Assembly (NCBI GenBank): GCA_005888095.1
Contig: VBKF01000089.1
Span: forward strand, 37,898-101,897
Direction: 5' to 3'
DNA from: Deltaproteobacteria bacterium
GTDB lineage: Bacteria; Desulfobacterota; Binatia; DP-6
Length of the DNA stretch: 64,000 bases
Below are positions 8,696-18,415 of the stretch, one piece after another; position 1 is the first letter of the stretch, and each line of letters starts with the position of its first letter. The translations under genes and the position numbers were made by a program. The notes beneath the pieces are model-generated. The model was not told where the DNA came from and did not search any database. It was given only the letters and a program-made list of their open reading frames with translations.

Positions 8696-10512
8696 GCGCG
8701 GGCGTCCTCAACCCCACGGGCGCGCTCGGCCTGGTTGCCGTTGCGGTGCTCGTCGCCCTCTATCTCTACGACCGCCGGCGGCGGGTGATCCCCGTCGGCA
8801 CCCTCTTTCTGTGGAAGCAGGTCGCCGCGAGCCCGCTCGACCGCCGCCGCTTCCGTCCCGACGCGCTCTTCCTGCTCCAGCTCCTCCTCCTCCTCGCCCT
8901 CGTCGGCGGGTACCTCCGCCCGTACGTGCAGCGCGCCGACGCGCGTCCGCCGGGCGGCCGCCTCGTCCTCGTCCTCGACGTCTCGGCAAGCATGCAGGCG
9001 CGCGAGGCGGGCGAGACGCGGTTCGACGTCGCCCGCCGCCGGGCCCGCGGTCTCGTCGACGCGCTCGCCCCGGGCGACGAGGCCATGCTCGTCACGGCCG
9101 CGGACCGGGCCCACGTGGTGCTCGGGTGGACCGCCGACCCGGACCGCGTCCGCCAGCGGCTCGACGCCCTCGCACCGCTCGACACACCGACCCGCCTCGG
9201 CGCCGCGCTCGAGCTCGCGCTCGGCGAGGCGCGCGCCAGGCCCGGCACGCGCGTGGCCGTCTTCACCGACCTGCCACGCGAGGCGAGCGGCGTCCCGGCC
9301 GACGCGCTCGCCGCCGTCGACTACGCGCAGATCGGCCGGACCGACGACAACCTCGCCATCGCGGGCTTGGTCGTCGACCAGCCGCCGTTCGCCGCCCTCG
9401 CGGATGTCACCGTGACGGTGCTGGTCCGGAACTACGGGCACGCGGCGCGCAGCGCCGTCCTCGAGGCAAGCATCGACGGCGAGCCGTGGATGAGGCGGCC
9501 GCTCGCGCTGGGACCGCGCGCCAGCGAGCCCGTGCTGCTGACCGGCCCGCGGCGCGCGGGCGTGGTCGCGGTGCGGCTCGTCGTCGACGATGCGCTGGCA
9601 GTCGACAACCGGGCGTTCGCCTGGATCGCCCCGGCCGAGCCGCTCGACCTCCTCGTCGTCACCGACTCGCGCGAGGTTGGCGCCGCATTCGAGCAGATCG
9701 CGCACACGGTCGCCGGCAGCCGGCTCGAGGTCGTGAACCGGGCGCGCTACGAGGAGGAGCCGCTCGGCGGCCGCCGCGTGGCCGTCTTCGACGGCTTCGC
9801 GCCGCCCGCCGCGATGAACGCCCTCTACGCAGCGCCGCCGGCCGGCAGCGGCATCTGCCCGGGCGACGGTCTCGCCGACGAGGCAGCGGTCGTCGACTGG
9901 GAGGTCGACCATCCCGCGGTGCGTGGCCTCGAAGGGCTGCAGGCGCTCCGTCTCGCCCGCGTCCGGCGGCTCGCGACACCGGCCTGGGGCGCGCCCGTCG
10001 TGCTCGCGGCCGCACGCGGCGGCGACTGGCCGCTGCTCGTCCTGGGCGACGAGAGCGGACGGCGCGTCGCCTGCCTCGGCGCCGAGCTCGGGCCCGCGCT
10101 GGGGTCGTCCGACGGGTTGCCGCTGCTCCTCCTGACGCTTGGGACGCTCCGCTGGCTCGCGGAGCAGGTTGGGCAGCGCGTCCTGGTGGTCGAGACGGGT
10201 ACGCCGAGCGCCGCCGGCTCCTTTCGCGCGGCGCCGGTGCCGGGTCTGCGGGTCGCCGGCGATCCTCCCGTGGTGGTGGCGGAGCGGACCGGCCGCCATC
10301 GGCTGGGTGACGCGCTCGTGCTCGCGAACCTCCTCGATGACCGCGAGTCCGACATCGGCCGGGACGGCGACCGGGTGTGGCCGGCGACCGTGCGGCCGTC
10401 CGCACCGCTGTCGGCCGGCGGCCGGCACGAGGTCGACTGGTGGCTCTACCTGGCCGCCGCCGCGCTCCTCGCCCTCGAGTGGATCGTCTGGCTCCGGAAG
10501 GAGCCCGCATGA
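8692..10512 (+). CDS. BatA-like membrane VWA-domain protein
   Basis: N-terminal double-TM aerotolerance-regulator-type segment ([21 protein letters not shown]...LFLWKQV...LLLLLALVGGYL). MIDAS motif LVLVLDVSASM. ATGA overlap with the DUF58 stop. Confidence 0.85.
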   Translation: MSAGVLNPTGALGLVAVAVLVALYLYDRRRRVIPVGTLFLWKQVAASPLDRRRFRPDALFLLQLLLLLALVGGYLRPYVQRADARPPGGRLVLVLDVSASMQAREAGETRFDVARRRARGLVDALAPGDEAMLVTAADRAHVVLGWTADPDRVRQRLDALAPLDTPTRLGAALELALGEARARPGTRVAVFTDLPREASGVPADALAAVDYAQIGRTDDNLAIAGLVVDQPPFAALADVTVTVLVRNYGHAARSAVLEASIDGEPWMRRPLALGPRASEPVLLTGPRRAGVVAVRLVVDDALAVDNRAFAWIAPAEPLDLLVVTDSREVGAAFEQIAHTVAGSRLEVVNRARYEEEPLGGRRVAVFDGFAPPAAMNALYAAPPAGSGICPGDGLADEAAVVDWEVDHPAVRGLEGLQALRLARVRRLATPAWGAPVVLAAARGGDWPLLVLGDESGRRVACLGAELGPALGSSDGLPLLLLTLGTLRWLAEQVGQRVLVVETGTPSAAGSFRAAPVPGLRVAGDPPVVVAERTGRHRLGDALVLANLLDDRESDIGRDGDRVWPATVRPSAPLSAGGRHEVDWWLYLAAAALLALEWIVWLRKEPA

Positions 10513-13088
10513 CGATGCCGTTCGGCCTCGGCACCCTGCGACTCGCCTCGCCCGCGGCGCTCCTCGCACTCCTCGTCGTGCCCCTCTTCTTCGCCGCGGC
10601 GCGCCGCGCCCGGCGGGGTCTGCCCGCCGTGATCTGCCGCTCGGCTGCCGCGCTGGCCATCGTGTTCGTGCTGGCCGGCCCGCGCCTGGAGACGCCTCGG
10701 CCGGAGCGCGGCGCCTGCGTGATCGCCGCGATCGACGTCTCGGCGAGCGTGCAGGACGCCGCCGTCGAGGCCGCTCGCGCCTTCCTCGCCCGGCTCCTGC
10801 CGAGGCTCGGTCCCGACGACGTCGTCGGCTCCGTGGCCTTCGCCGCGCACGCGCGCGTGATCGCGCACCCGGCCGCAGGCCGACCCTCGCTCGCCGCGCT
10901 CCTGCCGGCGCACGTCGACGCCGATCCGGATGCGGACGACACCGACCTCGGCGCCGCGTACCTCGCCGCGGACTCGCTCTGTCCCGCGGGGAAGCAGGCA
11001 GCGCTGGTGCTCTTCACCGACGGCAACGAGACCCAGGGGAGCATCGTCGCCGAGATCGCGCTCGGGGAGCCCTCGCTCCCGGTCTTCCCGGTCGTGCCGC
11101 CCGCGGCGGCGTTGCCAGCGGCGGCGATCCGTCGCCTGCTCGCGCCCGCCTTCGCGCCCGAGCTGAGCGTCCTGCCGCTCTCGGTCGTGGTCGAGAGCCG
11201 GGCGCCGAGGCCGCTCCCCGCCGTGCTCGAGGTGCGGGCAGACGAGGAGGAGGCGGCCCCGGTCCCCGTCGAGCTGCCGCCCGGCACGAGCCTCGTCGAG
11301 CTGCCCTATCGCTTCCGCGCCGAGGGCGAGTTCCTCCTCCGGGCGCGGTTGCTCCTGCCACCGGACCAGCCGCGCGCGCCCGCCCCGGCCGGGGTGCCGA
11401 TCACCGTGACGCCGCCGGCGCGGGTGCTGCTGGTCAGCGGGCTCGCGCGGCCGGTCGTCGCCGTGGCGCTCACGCGCCGGGGCGCCGACGTCGACGTCGT
11501 GCCGCCTGCGGCCCTCGCCGCCCGCCTGGGCGAGCTCGCGGACTATCACGCCGTCGTGCTCGACGACGTGGCGCGCGCGGGCCTCGGCGACGAGACGCTC
11601 GAGCGGCTGCGGGTGTACGTCGCCCGCGGCGGCGCGCTGATCGCGACCGGGGGGGAACGGCTGTTCGGCGATCCCGGCTTCGCCGAGAGCCCGCTCGCGC
11701 GCGTGCTGCCCGTGACGCTCGAGCCGCGCTCCGCCGAGCCGAAGACGCGCGAGCCGATCGCGCTCTACCTGCTGATCGACCGCTCCAACAGCATGGGCTA
11801 CTCGAGCAGCAATCCCGCCGTGCAGTTCGGCGAGAAGATGGAGTACGCGAAGCGCGCCGCGATCGCGGTCCTCGACCAGCTCGGCCCGTCGGACCTGGTG
11901 GCGGCGATCGCCTTCGACTCCCAGCCCTACGAGCTCGGTGCGCTCCGGCCCGTGGGCGAGGGCCGCGCCGCGCTCCGCGCGGCGATCGAGCGCATCCAGT
12001 ACGGCGGCGGCACGGACTTCAAGGACGCGCTCGACATCGCCCGGCGGAACCTCGTCGAGTCGGGGCGGCGGGTCCGCCACGTGATCCTCCTGACCGACGG
12101 CGACACCAACCGTCACCCCGAGGACCACGCCGAGCTGATCGCGGCGCTGGCGCGCGCCGAGATCACCGTCACGACGATCCGGATCGGCTCAGACACCATC
12201 AACCTGGAGCTCCTGAAGACGATCTCGCGCGCCACGGGCGGCGAGTTCCACCACGTCGAGCACGTCGAGGCGCTGCCGCAGCTCATGCTGCGCGATACCC
12301 GCCGGCTGATCGACCCCACGGCGGGGCTCGAGGACGCACCGGCGCGCATCGGCATCCCCGGCCCGATGCTCGCGGGTCTCGCGGAGCAGGATCTGCCGCC
12401 CGTCGCGCGCTGGGCGCCGACGCGGGCGAAGCCGGGCGCCGAGCTCCGGCTCTACGTCGACGCCGGCGAGCGCCGCGACCCGCTGCTCGCCACGTGGCAG
12501 TACGAGCTCGGCCGGGCGGCGGCGTTGCCCGTCGACTTCGAGGCCGGCGCGCGCGCCTGGCCCGCCTGGCGCGGCTTCGCCAAGCTCTGGTCGCAGCTCC
12601 TGCTCTGGACGATGCCGCCGGCCCGCCCCGCGGACCGCCGCCTCGAGGCCCGGCGGCTCGAGGACGGTGCGCTCGTGCGCCTCGAGACGGGCACCGATGC
12701 CGCCGGTCCCTTCGCCCTGCGCCTGGCCGGCACCGGCGACGTGCCGCTCCACCCGGTCGGACGGCGCGCCTTCGCCGCCGTCGTTCCGGGTCTCGAGCCC
12801 GGCGTGCATCTCTGCCGGCTGGTCTCGGCGGCCGGCGCGGAGCCGCTGCGACTCGTCGTCCCGGCGCGATCGCCGAGCGGGCGCGAGTCCCGCGCCCGCG
12901 GCCCGAACCTGGCGCTGCTCGCACGCGCCGTGGCGCTGACGGGCGGCCGCCTCGCCGCGCAGCCGGCGGACGTCGTCGCCGCGCGCCCGGGCGTCGGCCG
13001 GCGCCGGGTGGCGCTGGCGGGCGTCCTCGTCCCGCTCGCGCTCCTGCTCGTGCTCGGCGACGTCGCGGTGCGCCGGCTGGCGAGCTGA
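10509..13088 (+). CDS. Large membrane protein with two VWA domains and a central amidotransferase-like region
   Basis: Start placed at ATG 10509 (ATGA overlap with the previous stop). N-terminal TM LALLVVPLFFAAA. MIDAS motifs AAIDVSASV and LLIDRSNSMGYSS. C-terminal TM VLVPLALLLVLG. Confidence 0.8.
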   Translation: MTMPFGLGTLRLASPAALLALLVVPLFFAAARRARRGLPAVICRSAAALAIVFVLAGPRLETPRPERGACVIAAIDVSASVQDAAVEAARAFLARLLPRLGPDDVVGSVAFAAHARVIAHPAAGRPSLAALLPAHVDADPDADDTDLGAAYLAADSLCPAGKQAALVLFTDGNETQGSIVAEIALGEPSLPVFPVVPPAAALPAAAIRRLLAPAFAPELSVLPLSVVVESRAPRPLPAVLEVRADEEEAAPVPVELPPGTSLVELPYRFRAEGEFLLRARLLLPPDQPRAPAPAGVPITVTPPARVLLVSGLARPVVAVALTRRGADVDVVPPAALAARLGELADYHAVVLDDVARAGLGDETLERLRVYVARGGALIATGGERLFGDPGFAESPLARVLPVTLEPRSAEPKTREPIALYLLIDRSNSMGYSSSNPAVQFGEKMEYAKRAAIAVLDQLGPSDLVAAIAFDSQPYELGALRPVGEGRAALRAAIERIQYGGGTDFKDALDIARRNLVESGRRVRHVILLTDGDTNRHPEDHAELIAALARAEITVTTIRIGSDTINLELLKTISRATGGEFHHVEHVEALPQLMLRDTRRLIDPTAGLEDAPARIGIPGPMLAGLAEQDLPPVARWAPTRAKPGAELRLYVDAGERRDPLLATWQYELGRAAALPVDFEAGARAWPAWRGFAKLWSQLLLWTMPPARPADRRLEARRLEDGALVRLETGTDAAGPFALRLAGTGDVPLHPVGRRAFAAVVPGLEPGVHLCRLVSAAGAEPLRLVVPARSPSGRESRARGPNLALLARAVALTGGRLAAQPADVVAARPGVGRRRVALAGVLVPLALLLVLGDVAVRRLAS

Positions 13089-13108
13089 GCCGCGCGACAG
13101 GAAGGGCG

Positions 13109-14264
13109 CTACCGCTCCGCAGGTGCCGCAGGCGCCGCCGCCGCCCGCGCCGGCGGCGCCGCCTGCTGGCGCAGGTAGGCCTCGATGAACACGTCGATGT
13201 CGCCGTCGAGGACGGCGTCGGCGTTGCCGACCTCGGTGTTCGTGCGGTGGTCCTTCACCATGCGGTAGGGCTGGAGCACGTAGGAGCGGATCTGGTGGCC
13301 GAAGCCGATCTCTTTCTTGCCCTTGGTGAGCTCGGACATCTTCTCCTGCTGGCGCTGCTTCTCGAGCTCGTAGAGGCGCGCCTTCAGGACCTTCATCGCC
13401 GTCGACTTGTTCTTGTGCTGCGAGCGCTCGTTCTGGCAGGCGACGACGATGCCGGTCGGCAGGTGCGTGAGGCGCACCGCGGAGTCGGTCTTGTTCACGT
13501 GCTGCCCGCCCGCACCGCTGGAGCGGTAGGTGTCGATGCGCAGATCCTCGTCCCGCACGTCGATCTGGATCTCCTCCTCGATGTCGGGGAAGACGAAGAC
13601 CGAAGCGAAGGAGGTGTGGCGGCGGGCGTTGGCGTCGAAGGGCGAGATGCGGACCAGACGGTGAATGCCGGCCTCGGCCTTCAGGTACCCGTACGCATAG
13701 GATCCCTCGACCGTGAAGGTGGCGCTCTTCAGCCCCGCGCCCTCCCCGGGCTGGAACTCCACCAGCTCGGCGCGGAAGCCGCGGCGCTCGCACCAGCGGA
13801 GGTACATGCGGAGCAGCATCTCGGCCCAGTCCTGCGCCTCGAGCCCACCGGCCCCCGGGTGGATCTCGACGATCGCGTTGCCGCCGTCGTGCTCGCCCCC
13901 GAGGAGCCGGCGCAGCTCGAGCTCCGCGAGGCCGTGCTCCACCTCCTCGACCTTCGCCATGAGCTCGGCGAGCGCTTCCGGGGCGCCCTCCTCGGCCAGC
14001 TCGAGGAAGACCTGGGCCTCGTCCACCCCTTCGCGCTGCCGCCGCCAGCGCTCGATGGCGTCGCGCACGTCAGCCGCCTCGCGGCCGACGGCCTGCGCCT
14101 TCTCGGCGTCCTTCCAGAAGTCGGGCGCGCCCGCCTGCGCGCTCAGCTCGGCTGCGCGGCGCTCCAGCGCGGGCAGGTCAAAGATGCCTCCCGAGCTCCG
14201 CGACGCGATGGTCGAGGGCCCGCACGCGGTCGCGGAGCGACGCGAGCATGAGGTCGTCGGTCAT
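13109..14264 (-). CDS. prfB: Peptide chain release factor 2, expressed via a programmed +1 frameshift
   Basis: Downstream frame (ORF 13109..14068, extended to 14179) carries SPF and GGQ motifs (RISPFDANARRHTSF, SSGAGGQHVN). An upstream 28-codon frame MTDDLMLASLRDRVRALDHRVAELGRHL starts at ATG 14264 and ends at the in-frame CTT TGA C. Confidence 0.95.
14177..14183 (-). other. prfB: prfB +1 recoding site CTT TGA C, preceded by the SD-like GGGAGG
   Basis: The minus strand reads GAGCTCGGGAGGCATCTTTGACCTGCCC. Skipping the T at 14180 joins the two frames exactly. Confidence 0.9.
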
Positions 14265-14342
14265 CGTGCGGTCGCGGGCCATGCTGACGGCATAGCTTAG
14301 CCGAAGCGCCGGCGCGCCGCGAGCGATCGCCCGGAGCTGGAG

Positions 14343-14637
14343 CGCGACCCAAGACTTCTTGGGTCGCGGGCACGGACGCGAGCATGTGGCGCTCGCGTCA
14401 CGCGCGACCGCTGTGCCGCGGCTGGCGAAGCCAGCGCGGCAGAACGGACACGCGCCGTTCGAGAGGTCTTGCGGCGCTCATGTTTATCGGTTGGCGATTA
14501 GGCCTGTCTGCGGCAGCCGTGGAACCGCGCGTGTTCGTCTGCCGCGCTGGCTTCGCCAGCCGCGGCAGGACAGTCGGGCGTGATCCCGACGGAACACCCT
14601 CGCGTCCGGTTCGCGACCCAAGAAGTCTTGGGTCGCG
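14343..14637. repeat. 295-bp long imperfect palindrome (MITE-like or REP-like element, or a structured RNA), capped by two 26-bp perfect palindromes
   Basis: CGCGACCCAAGACTTCTTGGGTCGCG at 14343-14368 and CGCGACCCAAGAAGTCTTGGGTCGCG at 14612-14637 are reverse complements of each other. The ~140-bp arms pair at roughly three quarters of positions by eye, including GCCGCGGCTGGCGAAGCCAGCGCGGCAG on both arms. The centre near 14490 is lower in GC. Confidence 0.7.
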
Positions 14638-14640
14638 CTC

Positions 14641-16347
14641 CTAGTGGCCCCCCAGGCCCTCGGCCCGCGTGAAGTGCCGCTCGCCCTCCTCGGCGAGGCC
14701 GAGCGCGTCCCGGTAGACGAAGCCGAGGAGCTGCTCGAGCGAGGCGTCGGCCGGATAGGCTGCCGCGAGCCGCTCGAGCGTCTCGGCCGCCTCCCGGTCG
14801 CGACCGAGCTCGTGCGCGACGCGCACGAACGGCACCGCGAGGAGGCTCTCGTCGCGGGGCGGCAGCGTGCGCTGATCGGGTCCGGCGTACGCCTTCTCGA
14901 GGCCGCTCACGAGCTCGTCGAACGCGCGCGCGCGGTCGCCGTGGTCGTAGTAGAAGCGCGCCGCCATATGGAACTCGTCCGGCCGGTAGCGCTGCTGCCG
15001 CTCGACCGAGGGCAGGAGGTTGGCGGACACGATCCCGACGGCCAGCGCGGCGAGCGCCGCCGGGACGGCGGCCCGCCAGCGACGCGCGGCGATCCGGCGC
15101 GCGAGCCAGTCCACCGCCACGGCGGCGTAGACGATCAGCACGGCCGTCATGGCGAGGCGGTAGCGGCCGACGATGGTGCCGTACATCAGGCCGCCGACGG
15201 CCGCGAGCAGGAAGTACCAGAGGAGACGATGGCGGGCGGCATGACGCCGGTCGAGCCACAGCCCGAGCACGCCGAGCGCGAGCACGACGTCGTAGTGCAG
15301 TGAGAAGCGCAGCAAGGGCGAGCGGTCGACGAAGTAGTACCAGTTGACGTCGTCCATGCCCTCGTAGCGCGCAAAGATCGCGCGCAGCTTGAACCACTCG
15401 TTGGCGACGAGGCGCCTCCAGTCGCCGTCGTACGTCGCCAGCGTCAGGCGGATGGCGCGTCCGAGGTGGCCGTCGGCCTGCTCGAGGATCGTGCGGGTGG
15501 CGGACGGGATCCTGGTGCTGACGAGCGAGCTGTCGGCGGCGTTGCCGTAGACGAAGGTGTCAAGGGCGCGCGTCGAGAAGGACAGCGGTGGCGCGCCGAC
15601 CGCAAGGTTGCGCGCCACGAGCGGGGCGAAGCCGAGGGCGGCCCCGGCCACGAGAGCGAGCGCGGCGCGCCTCAGGATCCGGGGCTCCGCGCGGAATCGC
15701 TGCACGATCCACAGCCCGATCAAGGGACCGAAGAGGAGGGTCGACTCGCGGGCGAGCAGGGCGAGCGCGAAGAGTGCGCCCGCGACGAGCCAGCGGCGCA
15801 CGCCCGCGTCGCATCGGGCGAGCCACCAGAGCAGGAGGAGCGAGGTGGTGACGCCGAGCGAGTCGCGCACGAGAAGGGGCTCGTGCAGCAGGAACGGTCC
15901 GTAGAGCGCCGCCCCGAGGGCTGCAATGGCGGGCACGGCGCCCGCGAAGAGCTGCGCGGCGAGCAGGAAGACGAGGGCCACGCTGCCGACGCCCATGAGC
16001 GCCTGGCAGAGGCCGACGCCCCAGAAGCCGTCTCCCGCCACGAGCCGCGCCGCGGCGAGCGCGTAGGCGTAGAGCGGCGCCTGGTGGAAGACGTGCTTCC
16101 CGCCCCACCAGCGCTCCCAGCTCTCGAGGGGCGCCATGTCACGCATCCACTGGGTATTCGGGTGGATCGTGTCGCGGCCGAGGACGTCGCCTTCGAGAAT
16201 GCGCCCCGACCAGGCCCAGCTGAACGCCATGTCGGATTCCTGCCACGTGCGCTGGTACTCGGCGATCGGCAGACGGGCCATGAGACCGAGGTTCGCGACC
16301 CGCACGGCGGCGGCGAGGCCGAGGATGGCGAGGAGGGTGCAGCGCAC
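14641..16347 (-). CDS. Polytopic membrane protein, GT-C/ArnT-PMT-like glycosyltransferase candidate with a C-terminal TPR-like tail
   Basis: In-frame GTG at 16347 (VRCTLLAILGLAAAV) lies just after the lnt stop. There are more than 10 hydrophobic helices, then a soluble helical tail (ARFYYDHGDRARAFDELVSGLEKAY...). The upstream part of the 845-aa ORF overlaps lnt and is Arg/Pro-rich junk. Confidence 0.55.
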   Translation of the reverse strand: MRCTLLAILGLAAAVRVANLGLMARLPIAEYQRTWQESDMAFSWAWSGRILEGDVLGRDTIHPNTQWMRDMAPLESWERWWGGKHVFHQAPLYAYALAAARLVAGDGFWGVGLCQALMGVGSVALVFLLAAQLFAGAVPAIAALGAALYGPFLLHEPLLVRDSLGVTTSLLLLWWLARCDAGVRRWLVAGALFALALLARESTLLFGPLIGLWIVQRFRAEPRILRRAALALVAGAALGFAPLVARNLAVGAPPLSFSTRALDTFVYGNAADSSLVSTRIPSATRTILEQADGHLGRAIRLTLATYDGDWRRLVANEWFKLRAIFARYEGMDDVNWYYFVDRSPLLRFSLHYDVVLALGVLGLWLDRRHAARHRLLWYFLLAAVGGLMYGTIVGRYRLAMTAVLIVYAAVAVDWLARRIAARRWRAAVPAALAALAVGIVSANLLPSVERQQRYRPDEFHMAARFYYDHGDRARAFDELVSGLEKAYAGPDQRTLPPRDESLLAVPFVRVAHELGRDREAAETLERLAAAYPADASLEQLLGFVYRDALGLAEEGERHFTRAEGLGGH

Positions 16348-16352
16348 GACGC

Positions 16353-17942
16353 CTACGCCCCGGCGCCGCCCGCGCGACGCATGACGCCGACCGCGAGCGC
16401 GCCCGCCGTGACCAGTGCGCACGCCCACGCGAAGACGTCGCCGAAGCGCGTGTAGAACGTGCGCACGCCCGGCCAGGCGATCTCGTCGACGTGCTCGAGC
16501 GCCTGGTCGAGCGGCCCCTCCCAGCGGATGCGGCCGTCGGGCTCGACGACGGCCGAGATGCCGGTGTTGGCGACGCGCACGAGCGGCACGCGGTTCTCCA
16601 CCGCGCGCAGGGTGGCCTGCGCGAGGTGCTGGTAGGGCGCCGACGTGCGGCCGAACCAGGCGTCGTTGGTCACGTTGACCAGGAAGTCGGCGCCGCCCGC
16701 GACGAAGCGCCGGGTGAGCGCCGGAAAGACGTCCTCGTAGCAGATGAGGACCCCGAAGCGTCCGGCGGGGAGCCGGAACACCGTCGGCTCGTGGCCCGGC
16801 ACGACGTCGCCGATCGCGACCACGAGCCGTTGCACGAAGAAGAGGACGGCCTCGAAGGGCACGTACTCGCCGAAGGGCACGAGCTGGATCTTGTCGTACG
16901 TGGCGACCTCGCGACCGTCGGGCGAGACGAGGTAGGCCCGGTTGAGCTCCTGGAGTGCACCCCTGGAACTCTGCCGGTACGCGGGGCTGCCGAAGAGCAG
17001 GTACGCCCGGCTCTCGGTCGCGAGGTCGAGGACATCCTGGCGCAGTGGGCCGGGCTCCTGGAAGAAGAACGGCGTCGCGGTCTCCGGCCACACGATGAGG
17101 TCGGGCCGCGCGGCGAGCGCGGCGCGCGTCAGCTGGCGGTACCGCGCCAGGGTCTCGTCCTGGTAGGCCGGGTCCCACTTGTGGTCCTGCTCGACGTTGC
17201 CCTGCGCCAGCGCGACCCGGACGTGTCCGGCCGTGCGGCCCGCGAGCGCGGCCGCGCGGCGCCAGCCCGCGACTGGCAACACGGTCACCAGGAGCGTCAG
17301 CACCGCCAGCGCCGGTACGAGCCGTCTGAGGCCCGGCCCGCGCTCCCCGAGCACGGCGACCGCCACCAGGTTGAACAGCACGAGGACCGCCGAGATGCCG
17401 TACACGCCGGTCACCTCGGCCATCTGTGCGAGGTCATGGTACCGATACTGCGAGTAGCCGAGCGCCGCCCACGGGAACCCGATGAAGAACCAGGAGCGCA
17501 GCCACTCGAGCGCCACCCAGAGCGGCGGCGCGAGCCAGACGACGGGGAGGCCGCGCGCCGCGAGCCAGGCGAGGCCCGCGGTGAAGGCGCCCATGTAGCA
17601 GGCGAGCACGCTCACCATGAGCAGGAGGATCGCCACCGCGAGCGCGAACGGGACCGCGGAGTACGCGCTGATCGTGTGCACCACCCAGTAGACGATCGCG
17701 AGGTAGAAGACGGCGCCGCCGAGCCAGCCCGTACCGAAGGCGGCCCGCGGCCCGAGGCCCCGGCAGGCGCGGAGCAGCGGCACGAGCCCGATCCACCCGA
17801 GGAACTCGAGGTCGAGCGGCGGGAAGGCGGAGGCCAGGACGAGCCCGCTCGCGACCGCGAGCCCGACGCGCGCCGCGCGGCGCGGGCCGCGGGCGACCGC
17901 CAGGGCGGGTCCCCCGTTGCGGCTGAGCGAGACGGTCGCCAC
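16353..17942 (-). CDS. lnt: Apolipoprotein N-acyltransferase
   Basis: N-terminal multi-TM region plus a CN-hydrolase domain (VALAQGNVEQDHKWD, LIVWPETA, VLICYEDVFP). Confidence 0.9.
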   Translation of the reverse strand: MATVSLSRNGGPALAVARGPRRAARVGLAVASGLVLASAFPPLDLEFLGWIGLVPLLRACRGLGPRAAFGTGWLGGAVFYLAIVYWVVHTISAYSAVPFALAVAILLLMVSVLACYMGAFTAGLAWLAARGLPVVWLAPPLWVALEWLRSWFFIGFPWAALGYSQYRYHDLAQMAEVTGVYGISAVLVLFNLVAVAVLGERGPGLRRLVPALAVLTLLVTVLPVAGWRRAAALAGRTAGHVRVALAQGNVEQDHKWDPAYQDETLARYRQLTRAALAARPDLIVWPETATPFFFQEPGPLRQDVLDLATESRAYLLFGSPAYRQSSRGALQELNRAYLVSPDGREVATYDKIQLVPFGEYVPFEAVLFFVQRLVVAIGDVVPGHEPTVFRLPAGRFGVLICYEDVFPALTRRFVAGGADFLVNVTNDAWFGRTSAPYQHLAQATLRAVENRVPLVRVANTGISAVVEPDGRIRWEGPLDQALEHVDEIAWPGVRTFYTRFGDVFAWACALVTAGALAVGVMRRAGGAGA

Positions 17943-17947
17943 CGGCT

Positions 17948-18415
17948 TCAGCTCTCGCGCGGAGCGCCGGGCTCGAGCACGCGTGCCAGGGCCCGCTCGC
18001 GGCGCGCCATCCGCCGGGCCTCGGCCGCCGAGCGCTCGTGGTCGTAGCCGAGGAGGTGGAGGAAGCCGTGGATCAGGAGACGCTCGCCCTCGCGGCCGAG
18101 CGTCTCGCCGCGCCCGGCTGCCTGGCGGCGGGCAGTGTCGACCGAGATGACGACGTCGCCGAGGAGGCCGTCGGGGGCGCCGGCGGGTCCTTCGGTCTGC
18201 GCGAAGGCGAGCACGTCCGTCGGGCGGTCGCGCCCGCGCCAGCGGCGGTTCAGCCGCCGCATCTCCCGGTCGGAGACGAGGAGCACGGAGAGCTCGGCGC
18301 GGCCGAGGCCCACCGCCCGGAGCAGGCGGCGCGCGCTCCGTGCGAGCCGGGCCGCCAGCGCCGGCGCCCGGCGGCCCCGCATCGACACGCCGACCGCCGG
18401 ACCGCCGGCGCTCAT
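17948..18415 (-). CDS. ybeY: rRNA maturation endoribonuclease YbeY
   Basis: Metal-binding motif [11 protein letters not shown]; ~155 aa; ATGA overlap with the phoH-like stop. Confidence 0.92.
   Translation of the reverse strand: MSAGGPAVGVSMRGRRAPALAARLARSARRLLRAVGLGRAELSVLLVSDREMRRLNRRWRGRDRPTDVLAFAQTEGPAGAPDGLLGDVVISVDTARRQAAGRGETLGREGERLLIHGFLHLLGYDHERSAAEARRMARRERALARVLEPGAPRES

Noticed and set aside
1291-14251. Very long alternative-frame and antisense ORFs (for example 1291-3942 +, 8611-10569 -, 9659-11287 -, 10139-14251 +; similarly 57526-60660 - and 42072-44207 -)
   Set aside because: Their translations are Arg/Pro/Ala/Gly-rich with no motifs. They overlap genes with clear family signatures on the other strand or frame. 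Long spurious ORFs of this kind are the expected artefact of stop-codon-poor, very GC-rich DNA.
14600-14640. GGTTCGCGACCC resembling a tRNA T-arm
   Set aside because: No acceptor, D or anticodon arms can be built around it. It is part of the 26-bp palindrome cap of the long inverted repeat.
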